From IMG/VR virus record IMGVR_UViG_3300008113_007374: 60,372 nt of DNA. One strand, written 5' to 3'. Of the stretch, positions 1-10,780 are shown piece after piece. The notes beneath the pieces are model-generated. The model had not been told where the DNA came from. It saw nothing but the letters and a program-made list of their open reading frames with translations, and searched no databases. Position numbers and translations under genes: made by a program. The stretch's first letter is position 1, and each line of letters begins with the position of its first letter. Source of the stretch: an uncultured virus (IMG/VR IMGVR_UViG_3300008113_007374). Taxonomy: Duplodnaviria; Heunggongvirae; Uroviricota; Caudoviricetes.

Positions 1-2498
1 CTACTTTCTATTGTGTCAATTGAATAGATTTCATTAATAGTTTTTAATAAATTTTGTATATACTCGGTTGTAAAAATATCCCTAATATATGTTTGCCAAC
101 TTTGTCCCTGCCCATTGTTAGATATTACTTTCATATATTCAACAAGTTTTTGCATGTTGAATTTTGAATTCCTAAGGGTTTGATTTAAAGTAATATCTTC
201 AGGTGCAATTAAACTTAAATTTAAACTTTCTATATCACCATAAAATTTATCTATCTGATTTTTTGTTGCAACATTATTAGGTAAATTTCCGTAATGTGAG
301 CTTAAATAAGTTCTTTCAAAAATTTCATAAAATATTTTAATCGCATTTAAATCTTGATAAGGTGCGGTTTTGAAAGGGAACTCTAACGCTCCACAAGATA
401 CGTATTTTGTAACATCTGTTGGGTTATCATATGAATAATTTGATTCGGGTCTTTCTTTTTCTAAAGACGCCTTAATAAAGGCTTCTGTAAACCCAACCTC
501 AGGCCAAATTCTATAATCGTACGCTTTAGTTTGTCTAATGTATTTTGCATCTCCAGGATACTGTATAGTATACAGGTCAGAACCACTTTCTTGTTTTTCT
601 AAAGTAAAATATAAAGGCCATGGGTAAACAACATTGTCATCATTTAATTCACCACTAGATTTTTGTATACTCTTTAAAGCGTCTACTGAAAAGTTTTTTT
701 CTGCAGGTATAACTGCCAATAACCTATCTTTTTCAGTTCTAACATTCCAAGCCTCCTGATGATTATCTTCCATTAATCTGTAAAAGGCATCAGCACCTGC
801 CATTATTACCGCAAAAATATTTCTTATTGTTGGTTTAAACCCTAATCCACCACCTCCCTTTGTGGGTTGTTTTAATTGTTGTTCAGCATAAAATTTAGTT
901 AATCTATCTTCAATGATTTTTTGTTTAGCCTCTAAACTAGTTGTCATGCCATCCAGTTTGTCTAAATATGAATTTTTTATAAAAGTTCCGTCTGAAATAA
1001 TTTTATCACCAAAAACAAAGTAATCGGGTTTATCTTCAATCCAATCACCATTTTCATTTTGCACTTTAGTATCTAAAACGGCAGTTAAAGTTTCATCTCT
1101 GACAAACTTTTCATAACCTTCAGTGTCTGTTGATGTTAACGGTTTGTTATACCTTGATTGATAAGTGTTTCTAACATTTTCTTGATTGTCCGACCAAGTT
1201 TTAAAATCTAACTTTCTTAATACGTCTTTTTCATTTTTTACAGTAATGTTGATTTGGTATTCGGCACTTTTTCCTTCCCCAAATGTCGCATTTTCTTTTA
1301 AGTATGAAACATATTTTTGTATTCTATCTTTAATTTTTGTTTTAAAAAGTTCTCTTGATTCAAATGTGATTTCTTTTTTAAATGGGTAATAAATTTCTTG
1401 TCCGACAATGTAGTAACTACTTCTATCTAAGTAATTATTAATTGCATATTCAAATACTTCAGTTTTTAATTTATTTAAATTGTCTGCAAAATCTTGTAAA
1501 TCATTTAATTTTGTAAAATCTTCTTGTTTAGTTAAGTCAGCCTTTAAACCTGTTTTGTAATTTTCTACCCTATGTACAAAATCTTCTATAGATAAAACCG
1601 GAAAGTCTGAAGAAATTAATCCTTTTCTTTTGTATATATCGTAGACTTCTTTTAGTTTTTGTCTTCCCTTATATGTATTGAAATAACTTTTGTTACCGTT
1701 TGGCTCTGTTACGGTTATCTGTGTATTATACATTTTTGGTGCAGTTATCGCGTAAGACAATGGTGTGTCAAATAAAAGTGCGGTGAACTTACCAATTAAT
1801 TTTAGTGAAATATTATAATTACCAGTATCAGCATCAAAAGAAGCATTAAAAGACATTAAAGATAGTCTATATCTGACCGCCTTACCATAATAACCTTTAA
1901 GGGTTAAATAAAATAATGGATATGGAAAGTTAAAAAATGCAGAATACAATGAATTCTCACCCTGTTCAAATAAAGACCTACCTTGTATGTCAACCATTTC
2001 AATCGCAACCTCAGGAACTCCAGTTCCTTTAATATTAACTCTAATAGATTTAATACCTAATAATTGTGTATCTTCATTATTTTTTACGCTCCTTTGAAAT
2101 GATTGTCTTCCTTCATTACTAACAACCCTTTCAGATGTTTGATTGGCTCCCATTTGTTGTCTTGAGCCTTCACCTGTTAATTGATTAGACCAACTAGTAT
2201 CAAATTCAGTTTTACCCTTTGGTTTTAAAAAATTAACTTTAAGGGCATCATCGCCCTTAAAAATTGTGGCAATTGTTGTATTAAAAACAGGGTCAGTAAA
2301 ACTTTGTCCTATCGCCAATTTTGTTCTAGGTATAATAAATGTTTCTAAATTTGCATAATAAACCAAATCTTCGTGGTCAACTAAGCGTTCTTCTTTGTTA
2401 CCATCAGGAGTAAAAACTTCGTTTGGGTTTACAATAACGATATTATCGTATTCTGTCTCAATGTAAATTTTTTTATTTTGTTTTTGTCTAACGGCCAT
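1..2498 (-). CDS. Large baseplate hub/tail-associated protein, partial (runs off the left edge, >830 aa); missing from the ORF track
   Basis: ATG at 2498 overlaps the end of the upstream 105-aa gene. Reads MAVRQKQNKKIYIETEYDNIVIVNPNEVFTPDG...LLGIKSIRVNIKGTGVPEVAIEMVDIQGRSLF...; the same frame is open at the window edge (...IDTIES). Function inferred from position in the baseplate operon. Confidence 0.75.
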   Translation of the reverse strand, partial: MAVRQKQNKKIYIETEYDNIVIVNPNEVFTPDGNKEERLVDHEDLVYYANLETFIIPRTKLAIGQSFTDPVFNTTIATIFKGDDALKVNFLKPKGKTEFDTSWSNQLTGEGSRQQMGANQTSERVVSNEGRQSFQRSVKNNEDTQLLGIKSIRVNIKGTGVPEVAIEMVDIQGRSLFEQGENSLYSAFFNFPYPLFYLTLKGYYGKAVRYRLSLMSFNASFDADTGNYNISLKLIGKFTALLFDTPLSYAITAPKMYNTQITVTEPNGNKSYFNTYKGRQKLKEVYDIYKRKGLISSDFPVLSIEDFVHRVENYKTGLKADLTKQEDFTKLNDLQDFADNLNKLKTEVFEYAINNYLDRSSYYIVGQEIYYPFKKEITFESRELFKTKIKDRIQKYVSYLKENATFGEGKSAEYQINITVKNEKDVLRKLDFKTWSDNQENVRNTYQSRYNKPLTSTDTEGYEKFVRDETLTAVLDTKVQNENGDWIEDKPDYFVFGDKIISDGTFIKNSYLDKLDGMTTSLEAKQKIIEDRLTKFYAEQQLKQPTKGGGGLGFKPTIRNIFAVIMAGADAFYRLMEDNHQEAWNVRTEKDRLLAVIPAEKNFSVDALKSIQKSSGELNDDNVVYPWPLYFTLEKQESGSDLYTIQYPGDAKYIRQTKAYDYRIWPEVGFTEAFIKASLEKERPESNYSYDNPTDVTKYVSCGALEFPFKTAPYQDLNAIKIFYEIFERTYLSSHYGNLPNNVATKNQIDKFYGDIESLNLSLIAPEDITLNQTLRNSKFNMQKLVEYMKVISNNGQGQSWQTYIRDIFTTEYIQNLLKTINEIYSIDTIES

Positions 2499-2805
2499 AA
2501 TAGAATATATGTGTATCTAATGAAGATTTGTAGTCTTGAAGTGCTGCGGTTAATGGGTATGGGATTATTAAAATAGTTCCATCTGGTATGTTTTGTTCTA
2601 ATCCGCCATACATTGGGTTAGCAGCAAGTATTAACCATCCGAAATAAGGTGTTCCATATTTTTCAAAACTAATTTTATCTAATCGACTTTGACCTGACCT
2701 ATAAAGATACTGTTGGTCGGTAACTCTAGATGGAATAGTTAAAAATGGAACAACAGTTTGCTTCCCATTAATTAAAAAATCCTTATATCTGTTATAGTAG
2801 TCCAT
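2488..2805 (-). CDS. LysM-like/gp53-like (Tail X type) baseplate wedge protein
   Basis: RLDKISFEKYGTPYFGWLILAANP...IPDGTILIIP is the typical LysM-like baseplate pattern; follows the large baseplate gene. Confidence 0.75.
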   Translation of the reverse strand: MDYYNRYKDFLINGKQTVVPFLTIPSRVTDQQYLYRSGQSRLDKISFEKYGTPYFGWLILAANPMYGGLEQNIPDGTILIIPYPLTAALQDYKSSLDTHIFYYGR

Positions 2806-5800
2806 TATTTAAACTTTTTTTTCAAATTAAATTTATCTCCTCCACTATTAATTGATTTGTATAAATTTGACAAATCTCTACTATCATTTGAGTTAGCCGG
2901 TACTTGTGATTGATACCACATTAACCTTTCTTTATCTTTATTATAAGGTAAATAATTGGTAAATGTAGAATTAAAGTATTCTGTTCTGAATTTTTCAATT
3001 TTATTATTAACTTCAACCATAGAAGCTAAATAAGCATTTTGCAATCCTTTATTTGGATTTTTCACATTATTCATTAAATATAAAAACCAATCATCTTTGT
3101 CCTGTTGGTTAGCGTTTGGTATTGCTTTGTTAATTAAGTCATCTACAAATTTATCAGGGTTATCAATAATAGGTTTACCAAATAACATAAAAAATCTAGT
3201 GTCTCCAGGTTTGTTTTCAGGTAAATAAGTGTTCTGAGTATAATTACTACTATAAACATCATCACCTGTAGGAATTAAAGAGAACTCAGAAAGTTTTTGA
3301 TAATATGTATTCATATCATCTTTTACTAAATATGAATCTAAAACCAATTCTTGTAGTGTGTCCACAACATTAGGTAATGTTGGTTGGGTAACCTTTGTTG
3401 TTCCTGAAAGATTATAAACAACAGTTGAGAAGGTTTTCTTTATAAACCCGTCATGTCCATTAGAAACAAAACTAATTTTATCAATTAAACTAATTAAATC
3501 TAATTCATTCGTTGAAATTTCATTAGAGTAATTCTCTAACGCATTTGTCATTTCGTTCTTTCTCGTATCAATATTATCTTTTAATTGTTTTTTAATTTTT
3601 TTAATTTGTATGTCGGTCAAATTTTGATTATATACTGTAGGTAATAAAGGACACAAGTCGTTATCTATATCTTCTTTAGTCTTAGTTGCTAAATCGTTTA
3701 ATTTATCTTGTATTGTACTAGCATAACCAAATATGTTAGCCGTGTTTGATAAATCACCACCTAAACTATTGAAAAACCCGTCTGTATATTTTCTATCCTT
3801 AGTGAATATTTGAAGACCCCCAATTAAATATTCTTGATTAATTTTTTCTAAAGTAGATGTTGTTTTTTCTACATATGATTTAGTAGAGTCCACTAACTTT
3901 GACATAATGTCTTTATATGTGATAGTTCCGGTTGTTGCTGAAGTTACTAAATCAACAGTGTTAGTTTTAGTAACACCAATGGTTACTCCACCATCATTTA
4001 CCGTAGGTCTTGTGGCTGATGTGTCAACGACATTTAACTCATCTTTTATTTGTGATATTATTTGTGCATCATATTGACTTAAATCTAATTGAGACGTGGA
4101 TTCGGCTCTTTCGTCATACATTTCAGTATTACCATAATAGTTAAAACTTAATGCATTTTGTAATTTAGCGACAGGTTCCGCCAATCCATGTCCACCAATA
4201 AAAGAAAAAGAAACCGTAACATCCGCAATCATTGGTTGGACGCCAATTCCTTCAGGATTTAAATCAAATGGTACTTCATCATATTTTAAGGTTAAACCAT
4301 CTATTACTATTTTAGTGTGAAAGAAATCACCAATTCTTAATACACAGATTGGTGGAGCCCCAAACGCACTATTTGATACGTCATTGTAAAGTAGTTTAAC
4401 TTGACCCCCATTTGATTCAGAAATTGTAGGGATGGTATCACCAGGCCTCATACATTGTTGTAAGAAAACTAATCTAGAATTAAGCCCTTCAGGAGTTATT
4501 GAGTGAAATGCCGGTTGGAAATATTTTATTTTAGATTTTATTCCATCGTATATCATCGGGGCATTTTGTTGAATATATTCAAAATAGTTACACTCAGTTA
4601 AAAGTTTTCTTGCTAATCTTTTTGTTAAATCTTTTCTTTTTTCAAAAGTTTGTGTTTGGACATCTTGTGGTCTTGTATTAATACTATTGGTATATGGTTG
4701 CGATTCTGGTGATTGTGAAACAAATGATTGTGAAGATGAGTTAGGTTGTGTTATACTTTGTCCTGTACTTTCTTGACCTGCAGGACCTGTAATAATAAAA
4801 TCTTGACCAGCCAATTGTTGGTTTGTTTGTGATGGGTCACCATTATTTGTTACTACGTTACTTGACTCAGTATTTGTTGGGTTTTCATTTTGAGAAACGT
4901 TTTTGGTTCTTTCTATGTTAGAAATTTTTGTTCTTCTACAAGCCATAGCGTTAACAGAAACAGTTCCGTCTTTTTGTCTGTCTTGAAAATCTTTACTACA
5001 TTTAATGAATTTATAAGGTTCATCGACAAGACTTGTGTCCTCACCAACTGTAGATTCTTTGATTTTTAATTTACCTTGTTGGACATATTTTTCCATTGTA
5101 GTTCCATTTGGTGAAGTTTGAGCATAAATCCATTTTTTAACGGAGTCATATCTTCTCTTAGATAAATTAATATTATAAGCGTTATCATTAACCGCCGAAG
5201 CACTTGCAACTAAATCAAATGAAATTGTGTCACCAGCGTCTAATAGAGGTCCAATTTTTTCAATGAATTTTTTTGCTTCTTCAAATTCTTTTTTAATATA
5301 CCCAAAAAATTCTGATATTTTGTCTTTTCTAGTGTCAACAAAACTATCTAGGTATTTAATTTTAGCATCATTTGGTAATTGGTTTGTTACATAATTAGTA
5401 TAATCTTTATATGTGGGGTCTCCATAAATAACAATTTTGTTTAATGCTGCCGAATAACTTCCACTTTTACCTAAATTTACGTATTGGTTTTCTGAAGCAA
5501 TATATAAATCATACCAATGTTTAAAGTCCTTATCTACAGTTACCCCCTCTCTATTATTAGTTCCATCGGGGAAATTATTATCAAAATAAAATCCAATATC
5601 GGGAAACGTTGTTTTTAATGGTGGTTCCGTTGGTGTTGGTGTTGGTGTTGGAGATGGTGTCGGAGTTGGATTAGGTGTCGTACTAGTACATTCATCACCT
5701 GTTGGTGTAACCGTATTTGTCGGGTCCGGTGTAATAATTTGAGGTGTAGTTCCTCTTTGAACACAAATGTCTCCTTTATTACCTCCTGACAATGATAAAG

Positions 5801-8800
5801 TAATTTCATTTCCCGTACATGCAGTATATTTTAAATCAGTATTAACTCCAATTTCATAATGATAAACAGTACATGGTGGTGTTTCTGTTGGTGGAATATA
5901 ATCATCATCTATATCTACCTCTTCTTCTATTGTAGTATAGTTATGTTCTTCGACTACTGTAACAATATCTTCCGTTGTTAAAATTTGAGTTTCAAAAACA
6001 TCATTTGGTGTAAACATAGGGAATTTTGTTGTTAAATCCCATAAGTCGTATTTTGTACAACCCGCAAAGAACGAATCGACAATTTGAGTAATTTCTCCAT
6101 TATTTCCTACGTTTTCTAACTCCCTATCAACTATTAAGTTTAATATAGATGGGTGGTCAACAATCACTTTAAATGATAAATTACCTTTTCTTGATGTATT
6201 AGTGTATGTATAAATTGGTTCTGTTCTTCCTAAAAACGTATTTTCATTCCATCCTGTCGAAATTTGTTCATCAAAACTTAATCCGTAAGGTGGAAACCAC
6301 ATAATACGTCCCCCGTTAGGTCCTTTTTCACAAGCAGGTAAATCTTCATAGGTGAAACCTTTTTTATTTGAAGTTCTCCAAGCTAAGTTTTCTAATGAAA
6401 ACATATATTTTTTAACTTTACCGTCTTTGACACTATATCCATCAACAGGTGCTATGTTCAAATTCCAAGTATTATCTAAAACCGAATCTGTGTATTTTCT
6501 AATATTACCATCTGTTTTTTGTAATTCATCATATGTGTAATAAGGCCTGTCTTTTGTAAAAATTCTACAATATTCTAAACCTTTAATATCACCACCACCT
6601 GTTGAATTTTTTGTCGTGTATCTTACTACTCTTGAACCTTTTGTTATTTCTTGGTATCCGTCGTTAAAAACTTTAGATACTTGATTAATAGCCTTTCCGA
6701 CATGTTCTCTACTACTACTTCTTTCACCCGCGTCAATTAACTTTTGTGTCACATCAAGTATTGACCCTGGTGTAAAATTATTATTTGTGGATTTAGTGCT
6801 ATCGAACCCCGATAGATTATTAAAATTAAATTCACTATTATCTTCAAATTCTTGATTACCTCTACCTACTAATTTTCCAGGTAAAGGACAGTTAAGTTGG
6901 TCGGGGCTTTTACTACCAATCCAAGTTAACCCACCCGAAATATTACTACCTATCCATTTTACCCCATCTCTAGTTGCGCCTGCACTATATAAGTTTCTAC
7001 TATTAATACCAAACTGAGTGTCGTCAAGTTGAGAAGTTTCATATAACTTACCCATATCTGAGTAAGAAAGAACAGGTCCCATAGCCGATGTCTTACCATC
7101 TCTACCATATGGTAAAAAAGGTGCCGGTGAAACTAATTCAGTTAAATGATTCTTTCTATCACCAACGTAAAATGAACCCGGAGGTGCCAATAAATTATTA
7201 CCTATTTTATAGTTAGGTCTATAAATATTATATCTTAATTGGTCATATAATAATTTTCTTGTTGCCACTGATGTGTATTCAACTAATAATTCAGATGATG
7301 ATTGATTAGCTGGTTGTAATGCACTGAATAATGAACCTAATGCCCCACCTATTAAAGATAGTGGATTCTGATATGGCCCATTACCTACCGAGTTAGGATA
7401 GTCAAAATATTCACCAGGGATATAAGAATATGGTGAATACAATCCTGCTAATTTGGCAGCAAAATTAATTCCTTGCCCAAATAAAAAGTCAGGTGTTGTG
7501 ATATTATATTTTCTTGCAATAATTGGAACGTTACCCGTTAATAGTCCAATAGCATTGAATGGGTCTGTATTTGGGTTTGCGGATATTTCACCAGTTTCAG
7601 GATTTACATTACCACTAAATAAATTTATTTGACCTAATGTTTGTTGATATAACTCTAATGCAACTCTATGTTTAAATTCTTTGTTAAGTTGTTTTGCACC
7701 AATACCAGCTAAGCTTGAGTCCTCTGATAACGTACCATCAGAACCACTAGGATTATCACTTATTAATATACTATAAGGTGTATATGTTGAGGGTAAAAAT
7801 ATAAATGTGTTATCTGAATTTGCGTAAGGTAACTGTAAACCTTTTGTCTGTAAATATCTGAAAAGTGTTGGGTCATATTCTCCTGTTCCTGTTGCGTAAG
7901 TATTTCCAATATATGCCTCAGTTTCTTTTATACCCGCCTCTAATTCTAATTCACTACCAAAAGTATCTGTAGCATCTAAATAATTTCCTTGCGGTATTAT
8001 TAAATTTTTTAATTTTCTATAAGGGTCAACTTCAAAAACACTTTGCCCTTGTTCAGGACCATATGGGTTTTGTAAAAAACTTGGTGTTCTTTCGTCTTCA
8101 CCAATTAATTGTAGTTCACTATTAACTGTATCAGGAAAACCATATTCACCCTCATTTGAATTTGTTTGAAGGTTTTGATTAATTTGAACTTCATTTGTTG
8201 GTATATTATCAGGTCCATACTGATTAATAGCAAATAATACAGGTCTATCAGTATCACCAACAGTTTCTAACTGACTTCCAAAGGTATCAGGAAACCCATA
8301 TTCACCCTCATTTGGATTAGTCTGATAGTTGTTATTAATTGGAACTTCAGTATTTGTTAAAAGCTGTGGACCGTACTGATTATTAGTTATCAATACAGGT
8401 CTGTCTAAATTTGCGGTAGTTTCTAAATTACCTCCAACAGTGTCTTGAATTGTATATTCACCTTCACCTATTGTGTTGATTACTTTATCATTATTTATAT
8501 ACCAAGCAGTTGAGCCAAAATCCGCCAAACCATTTTGTGGTCGATATACATTTTTTATAATAAGTTGTTTTTCAGTATTGTTACCAATAACTTCTAAATC
8601 ACTTCCAATACTGTCGGGATATCCATAAACACCTTCGTTTGATTTATAATTTAGGTTATTATTTATTGGAACCATATTACCAAAGTCACCTTGGTTATTT
8701 TGTGGTCCGTATTGATTTATTGGTAATAAAACTTTTTCTTGTTGGTTTCCGATTTGTTCTACGCTTGGTGAATCAATTGGTGTAAGGTCATTAATTGTAA

Positions 8801-8924
8801 ACTCAGATGACCCAGGTTTACTATTATTGGAAAATGCATTATCAACTTTATATGGTGGTAAATTACGCACCAAAAGTTTTTTTCTAAAATTTTCACTTGA
8901 ATTAAATGATAGTGGACTCTCCAT
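2805..8924 (-). CDS. 2039-aa multidomain baseplate/tail-tube initiator-like protein with N-terminal repeats, PT linker and OmpA-like domain
   Basis: Segments WFPPYGLSFDEQISTGWNENTFLGRTEPIYTYTNTSRKGNLSF and GAPPICVLRIGDFFHTKIVIDGLTLKYD resemble gp48/gp54-type tube-initiator proteins; FYFDN...YNINLSKRRYDSV...CRRTKI is OmpA-like; lies directly after the tape measure gene. Confidence 0.65.
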   Translation of the reverse strand: MESPLSFNSSENFRKKLLVRNLPPYKVDNAFSNNSKPGSSEFTINDLTPIDSPSVEQIGNQQEKVLLPINQYGPQNNQGDFGNMVPINNNLNYKSNEGVYGYPDSIGSDLEVIGNNTEKQLIIKNVYRPQNGLADFGSTAWYINNDKVINTIGEGEYTIQDTVGGNLETTANLDRPVLITNNQYGPQLLTNTEVPINNNYQTNPNEGEYGFPDTFGSQLETVGDTDRPVLFAINQYGPDNIPTNEVQINQNLQTNSNEGEYGFPDTVNSELQLIGEDERTPSFLQNPYGPEQGQSVFEVDPYRKLKNLIIPQGNYLDATDTFGSELELEAGIKETEAYIGNTYATGTGEYDPTLFRYLQTKGLQLPYANSDNTFIFLPSTYTPYSILISDNPSGSDGTLSEDSSLAGIGAKQLNKEFKHRVALELYQQTLGQINLFSGNVNPETGEISANPNTDPFNAIGLLTGNVPIIARKYNITTPDFLFGQGINFAAKLAGLYSPYSYIPGEYFDYPNSVGNGPYQNPLSLIGGALGSLFSALQPANQSSSELLVEYTSVATRKLLYDQLRYNIYRPNYKIGNNLLAPPGSFYVGDRKNHLTELVSPAPFLPYGRDGKTSAMGPVLSYSDMGKLYETSQLDDTQFGINSRNLYSAGATRDGVKWIGSNISGGLTWIGSKSPDQLNCPLPGKLVGRGNQEFEDNSEFNFNNLSGFDSTKSTNNNFTPGSILDVTQKLIDAGERSSSREHVGKAINQVSKVFNDGYQEITKGSRVVRYTTKNSTGGGDIKGLEYCRIFTKDRPYYTYDELQKTDGNIRKYTDSVLDNTWNLNIAPVDGYSVKDGKVKKYMFSLENLAWRTSNKKGFTYEDLPACEKGPNGGRIMWFPPYGLSFDEQISTGWNENTFLGRTEPIYTYTNTSRKGNLSFKVIVDHPSILNLIVDRELENVGNNGEITQIVDSFFAGCTKYDLWDLTTKFPMFTPNDVFETQILTTEDIVTVVEEHNYTTIEEEVDIDDDYIPPTETPPCTVYHYEIGVNTDLKYTACTGNEITLSLSGGNKGDICVQRGTTPQIITPDPTNTVTPTGDECTSTTPNPTPTPSPTPTPTPTEPPLKTTFPDIGFYFDNNFPDGTNNREGVTVDKDFKHWYDLYIASENQYVNLGKSGSYSAALNKIVIYGDPTYKDYTNYVTNQLPNDAKIKYLDSFVDTRKDKISEFFGYIKKEFEEAKKFIEKIGPLLDAGDTISFDLVASASAVNDNAYNINLSKRRYDSVKKWIYAQTSPNGTTMEKYVQQGKLKIKESTVGEDTSLVDEPYKFIKCSKDFQDRQKDGTVSVNAMACRRTKISNIERTKNVSQNENPTNTESSNVVTNNGDPSQTNQQLAGQDFIITGPAGQESTGQSITQPNSSSQSFVSQSPESQPYTNSINTRPQDVQTQTFEKRKDLTKRLARKLLTECNYFEYIQQNAPMIYDGIKSKIKYFQPAFHSITPEGLNSRLVFLQQCMRPGDTIPTISESNGGQVKLLYNDVSNSAFGAPPICVLRIGDFFHTKIVIDGLTLKYDEVPFDLNPEGIGVQPMIADVTVSFSFIGGHGLAEPVAKLQNALSFNYYGNTEMYDERAESTSQLDLSQYDAQIISQIKDELNVVDTSATRPTVNDGGVTIGVTKTNTVDLVTSATTGTITYKDIMSKLVDSTKSYVEKTTSTLEKINQEYLIGGLQIFTKDRKYTDGFFNSLGGDLSNTANIFGYASTIQDKLNDLATKTKEDIDNDLCPLLPTVYNQNLTDIQIKKIKKQLKDNIDTRKNEMTNALENYSNEISTNELDLISLIDKISFVSNGHDGFIKKTFSTVVYNLSGTTKVTQPTLPNVVDTLQELVLDSYLVKDDMNTYYQKLSEFSLIPTGDDVYSSNYTQNTYLPENKPGDTRFFMLFGKPIIDNPDKFVDDLINKAIPNANQQDKDDWFLYLMNNVKNPNKGLQNAYLASMVEVNNKIEKFRTEYFNSTFTNYLPYNKDKERLMWYQSQVPANSNDSRDLSNLYKSINSGGDKFNLKKKFK
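5620..5680 (-). repeat. Pro-Thr low-complexity linker (PNPTPTPSPTPTPTPTEPP)
   Basis: GTTGGT hexamer tandem repeats on the + strand, in frame within the 2039-aa gene. Confidence 0.9.
8040..8730 (-). repeat. About five tandem 52-57-aa repeats (NQYGP...N..NEGEYG(F/Y)PDT.GS.LE) in the 2039-aa protein
   Basis: NQYGP/NPYGP/NVYRP motifs near 8704, 8539, 8368, 8212 and 8056; 31-nt near-identical DNA copies at 8128 and 8284 (156-nt period). Confidence 0.85.
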
Positions 8925-8938
8925 TTAGTCTTTTTATG

Positions 8939-8945
8939 ATAAATA
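8939..8945 (-). promoter_or_regulatory. TATTTAT putative late promoter motif
   Basis: CTATTTATCATAAAAAGACTAAATG directly upstream of the 2039-aa gene; same motif recurs before many structural genes. Confidence 0.6.
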
Positions 8946-8961
8946 GATTGTTTTAGATTTT

Positions 8962-10758
8962 TTAGGCAAGAACCCCTTGTTGTTTTTTATAATCATTCAA
9001 CTTATATAAGACCGTATCCATTATTTGTTTTTGAACTTGTGGTGAATTAAACATTTTTGTAAGTTGTCCTGGGTCACCACCTATTGACCCTGTCAAATTA
9101 ATATTAATATCAATAGCTCCTCCAATATTACCGGAACCAGCTTTGTTAAGTGCCTCCCCTAAATTTGTTCCAACAGCAACATCATCCCCAACAATACCTT
9201 TATAAATTGCTCCTTTACTTAAAATTGTTGGGGCACTATTTGCCGATGGAAATAATCCATCTTTTACAGTAACTTCTGTGTCTTCACCTTTATATTCCTT
9301 ACCCTCTACTTTTTGTTTTAACAATTCTTTTTCTGTGTTTTTAGAATATCTTTCTTTAGTATCTTCCATTTGTTTACCAACAGCACTAACACCTGTTTTT
9401 GCAATCTCATAAGTTTTGTCTTGAGCAACTTTTGCAACTTTACCATATGCGTCAATAGCATCTTTAGCGTCGGTTCTTAAACCATCTAACAATGCCTTTC
9501 TGTCCGTTTCTGCGACTGCTCCCGATTGTAATAAAACCGCATCTCTTATCGTTCTTGCGGATGCAGATAACTCTTCTGTGACAGATAATTGAGATACAGC
9601 CAAGTCTTTTGAGTCCATGTCGGCCTTAGCCTGATATTCTTTTAATTTTTTTTGTACATCCTCAGATTGTAATGCCGTCTTTAATTGTTCCGCACTGTTT
9701 GCTTCAATTTTCTTATATCCAGGTATATCTATTTCAACTTTTCCTCCTTCACCTATCTGAGCTAACCCCGCAACCATTTGTTGAGTTTCCTTATCTAATC
9801 CTTTTAAGTTAAATTTTTCGGTAAGGTAATCAAGTTTTGCTGCTTCTTTACCCGAATTAACTAAGGCATCAAAATCTTGACCTGTTATTTTTGCTTGTTC
9901 TCTTAATCTATATAAATCTTGAGTTCCTATGTCAAAGTTTCCAGTTTCTTTATTGAACGTAAATGCAGCTTTTGAAGATTTGACTAACTCATCTTGTAGA
10001 CCGGCTAAATCTTTTTGTGCCATATATAATAGTTGGAAGGGGTCCCCAAGTTTTCCAACTTGCCCACCTAACATTTGAAATTTGGAAGCAGCTTCTATTG
10101 CTCCTTCTGGGTCTAATATACTTCCTTGTAAACTCATTGCACCTAATGATGATACATCTGTACGTAAAAGTTTTGCCTGTTTTGCCATTTCGGTGAGTCC
10201 TTTCACACTGTTTGAGAAACCAAATCCTGATGCTTTTTTCAAGTTAGTTGTTATGTCCGCCAATAATCCTTTTGCATCAAGTCCGGCTTTTCTTGCACTT
10301 TTTGCAATTTCATTCATTTTACCAACAACCTCTACTTGGGTTCCTCCAAAACTCATTAGATTTGAAGTCATTTCACCAATCTTTTCAGGTGTTTCACCAA
10401 TACCTTTGGCTAATCCAACTACTGCCTCTAATGCCTCTTGTGATGGGTTTACAAATTTACCCATACCTTGAGCTAAACCCTTAACCGCATTTACAGTGTC
10501 TGCAAAGGTCGCATTCATGTTTTGAGTGTTTTTGTATGCGGCCATTAGTTTTTCTCTAAATTGGTCTGCACCAATAACAACACCCCCAATACTTTTTTGT
10601 AATTTGTTTGATTGGTTTTCAACATCCGTCAAGGCCTTGACAAATCCTTCGGGACTTAAAGACTGTTCTAATGCACCTTTTAGTGCATCTGCAAATTCCT
10701 TTAAATTTTTACCAGCAGCACTTCCTAATTCGCCTGCTTCTGTCTCAAAAAACATCAT
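8962..10758 (-). CDS. Tape measure protein (598 aa)
   Basis: Ala/Gly/Lys-rich helical sequence downstream of tube and chaperone genes; length close to T4 gp29 (about 590 aa). Confidence 0.7.
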   Translation of the reverse strand: MMFFETEAGELGSAAGKNLKEFADALKGALEQSLSPEGFVKALTDVENQSNKLQKSIGGVVIGADQFREKLMAAYKNTQNMNATFADTVNAVKGLAQGMGKFVNPSQEALEAVVGLAKGIGETPEKIGEMTSNLMSFGGTQVEVVGKMNEIAKSARKAGLDAKGLLADITTNLKKASGFGFSNSVKGLTEMAKQAKLLRTDVSSLGAMSLQGSILDPEGAIEAASKFQMLGGQVGKLGDPFQLLYMAQKDLAGLQDELVKSSKAAFTFNKETGNFDIGTQDLYRLREQAKITGQDFDALVNSGKEAAKLDYLTEKFNLKGLDKETQQMVAGLAQIGEGGKVEIDIPGYKKIEANSAEQLKTALQSEDVQKKLKEYQAKADMDSKDLAVSQLSVTEELSASARTIRDAVLLQSGAVAETDRKALLDGLRTDAKDAIDAYGKVAKVAQDKTYEIAKTGVSAVGKQMEDTKERYSKNTEKELLKQKVEGKEYKGEDTEVTVKDGLFPSANSAPTILSKGAIYKGIVGDDVAVGTNLGEALNKAGSGNIGGAIDININLTGSIGGDPGQLTKMFNSPQVQKQIMDTVLYKLNDYKKQQGVLA

Positions 10759-10765
10759 TTTATTT

Positions 10766-10773
10766 TATAAATA
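10766..10773 (-). promoter_or_regulatory. TATTTATA putative late promoter motif
   Basis: AATATTTATAAAATAAAATGATG upstream of the tape measure gene. Confidence 0.6.
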
Positions 10774-10780
10774 TTATTTT

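Noticed and set aside
8128..8314. Near-identical DNA repeats as a diversity-generating retroelement TR/VR pair
   Set aside because: Both copies are short, in frame within a protein repeat, and no reverse transcriptase is present in the window.
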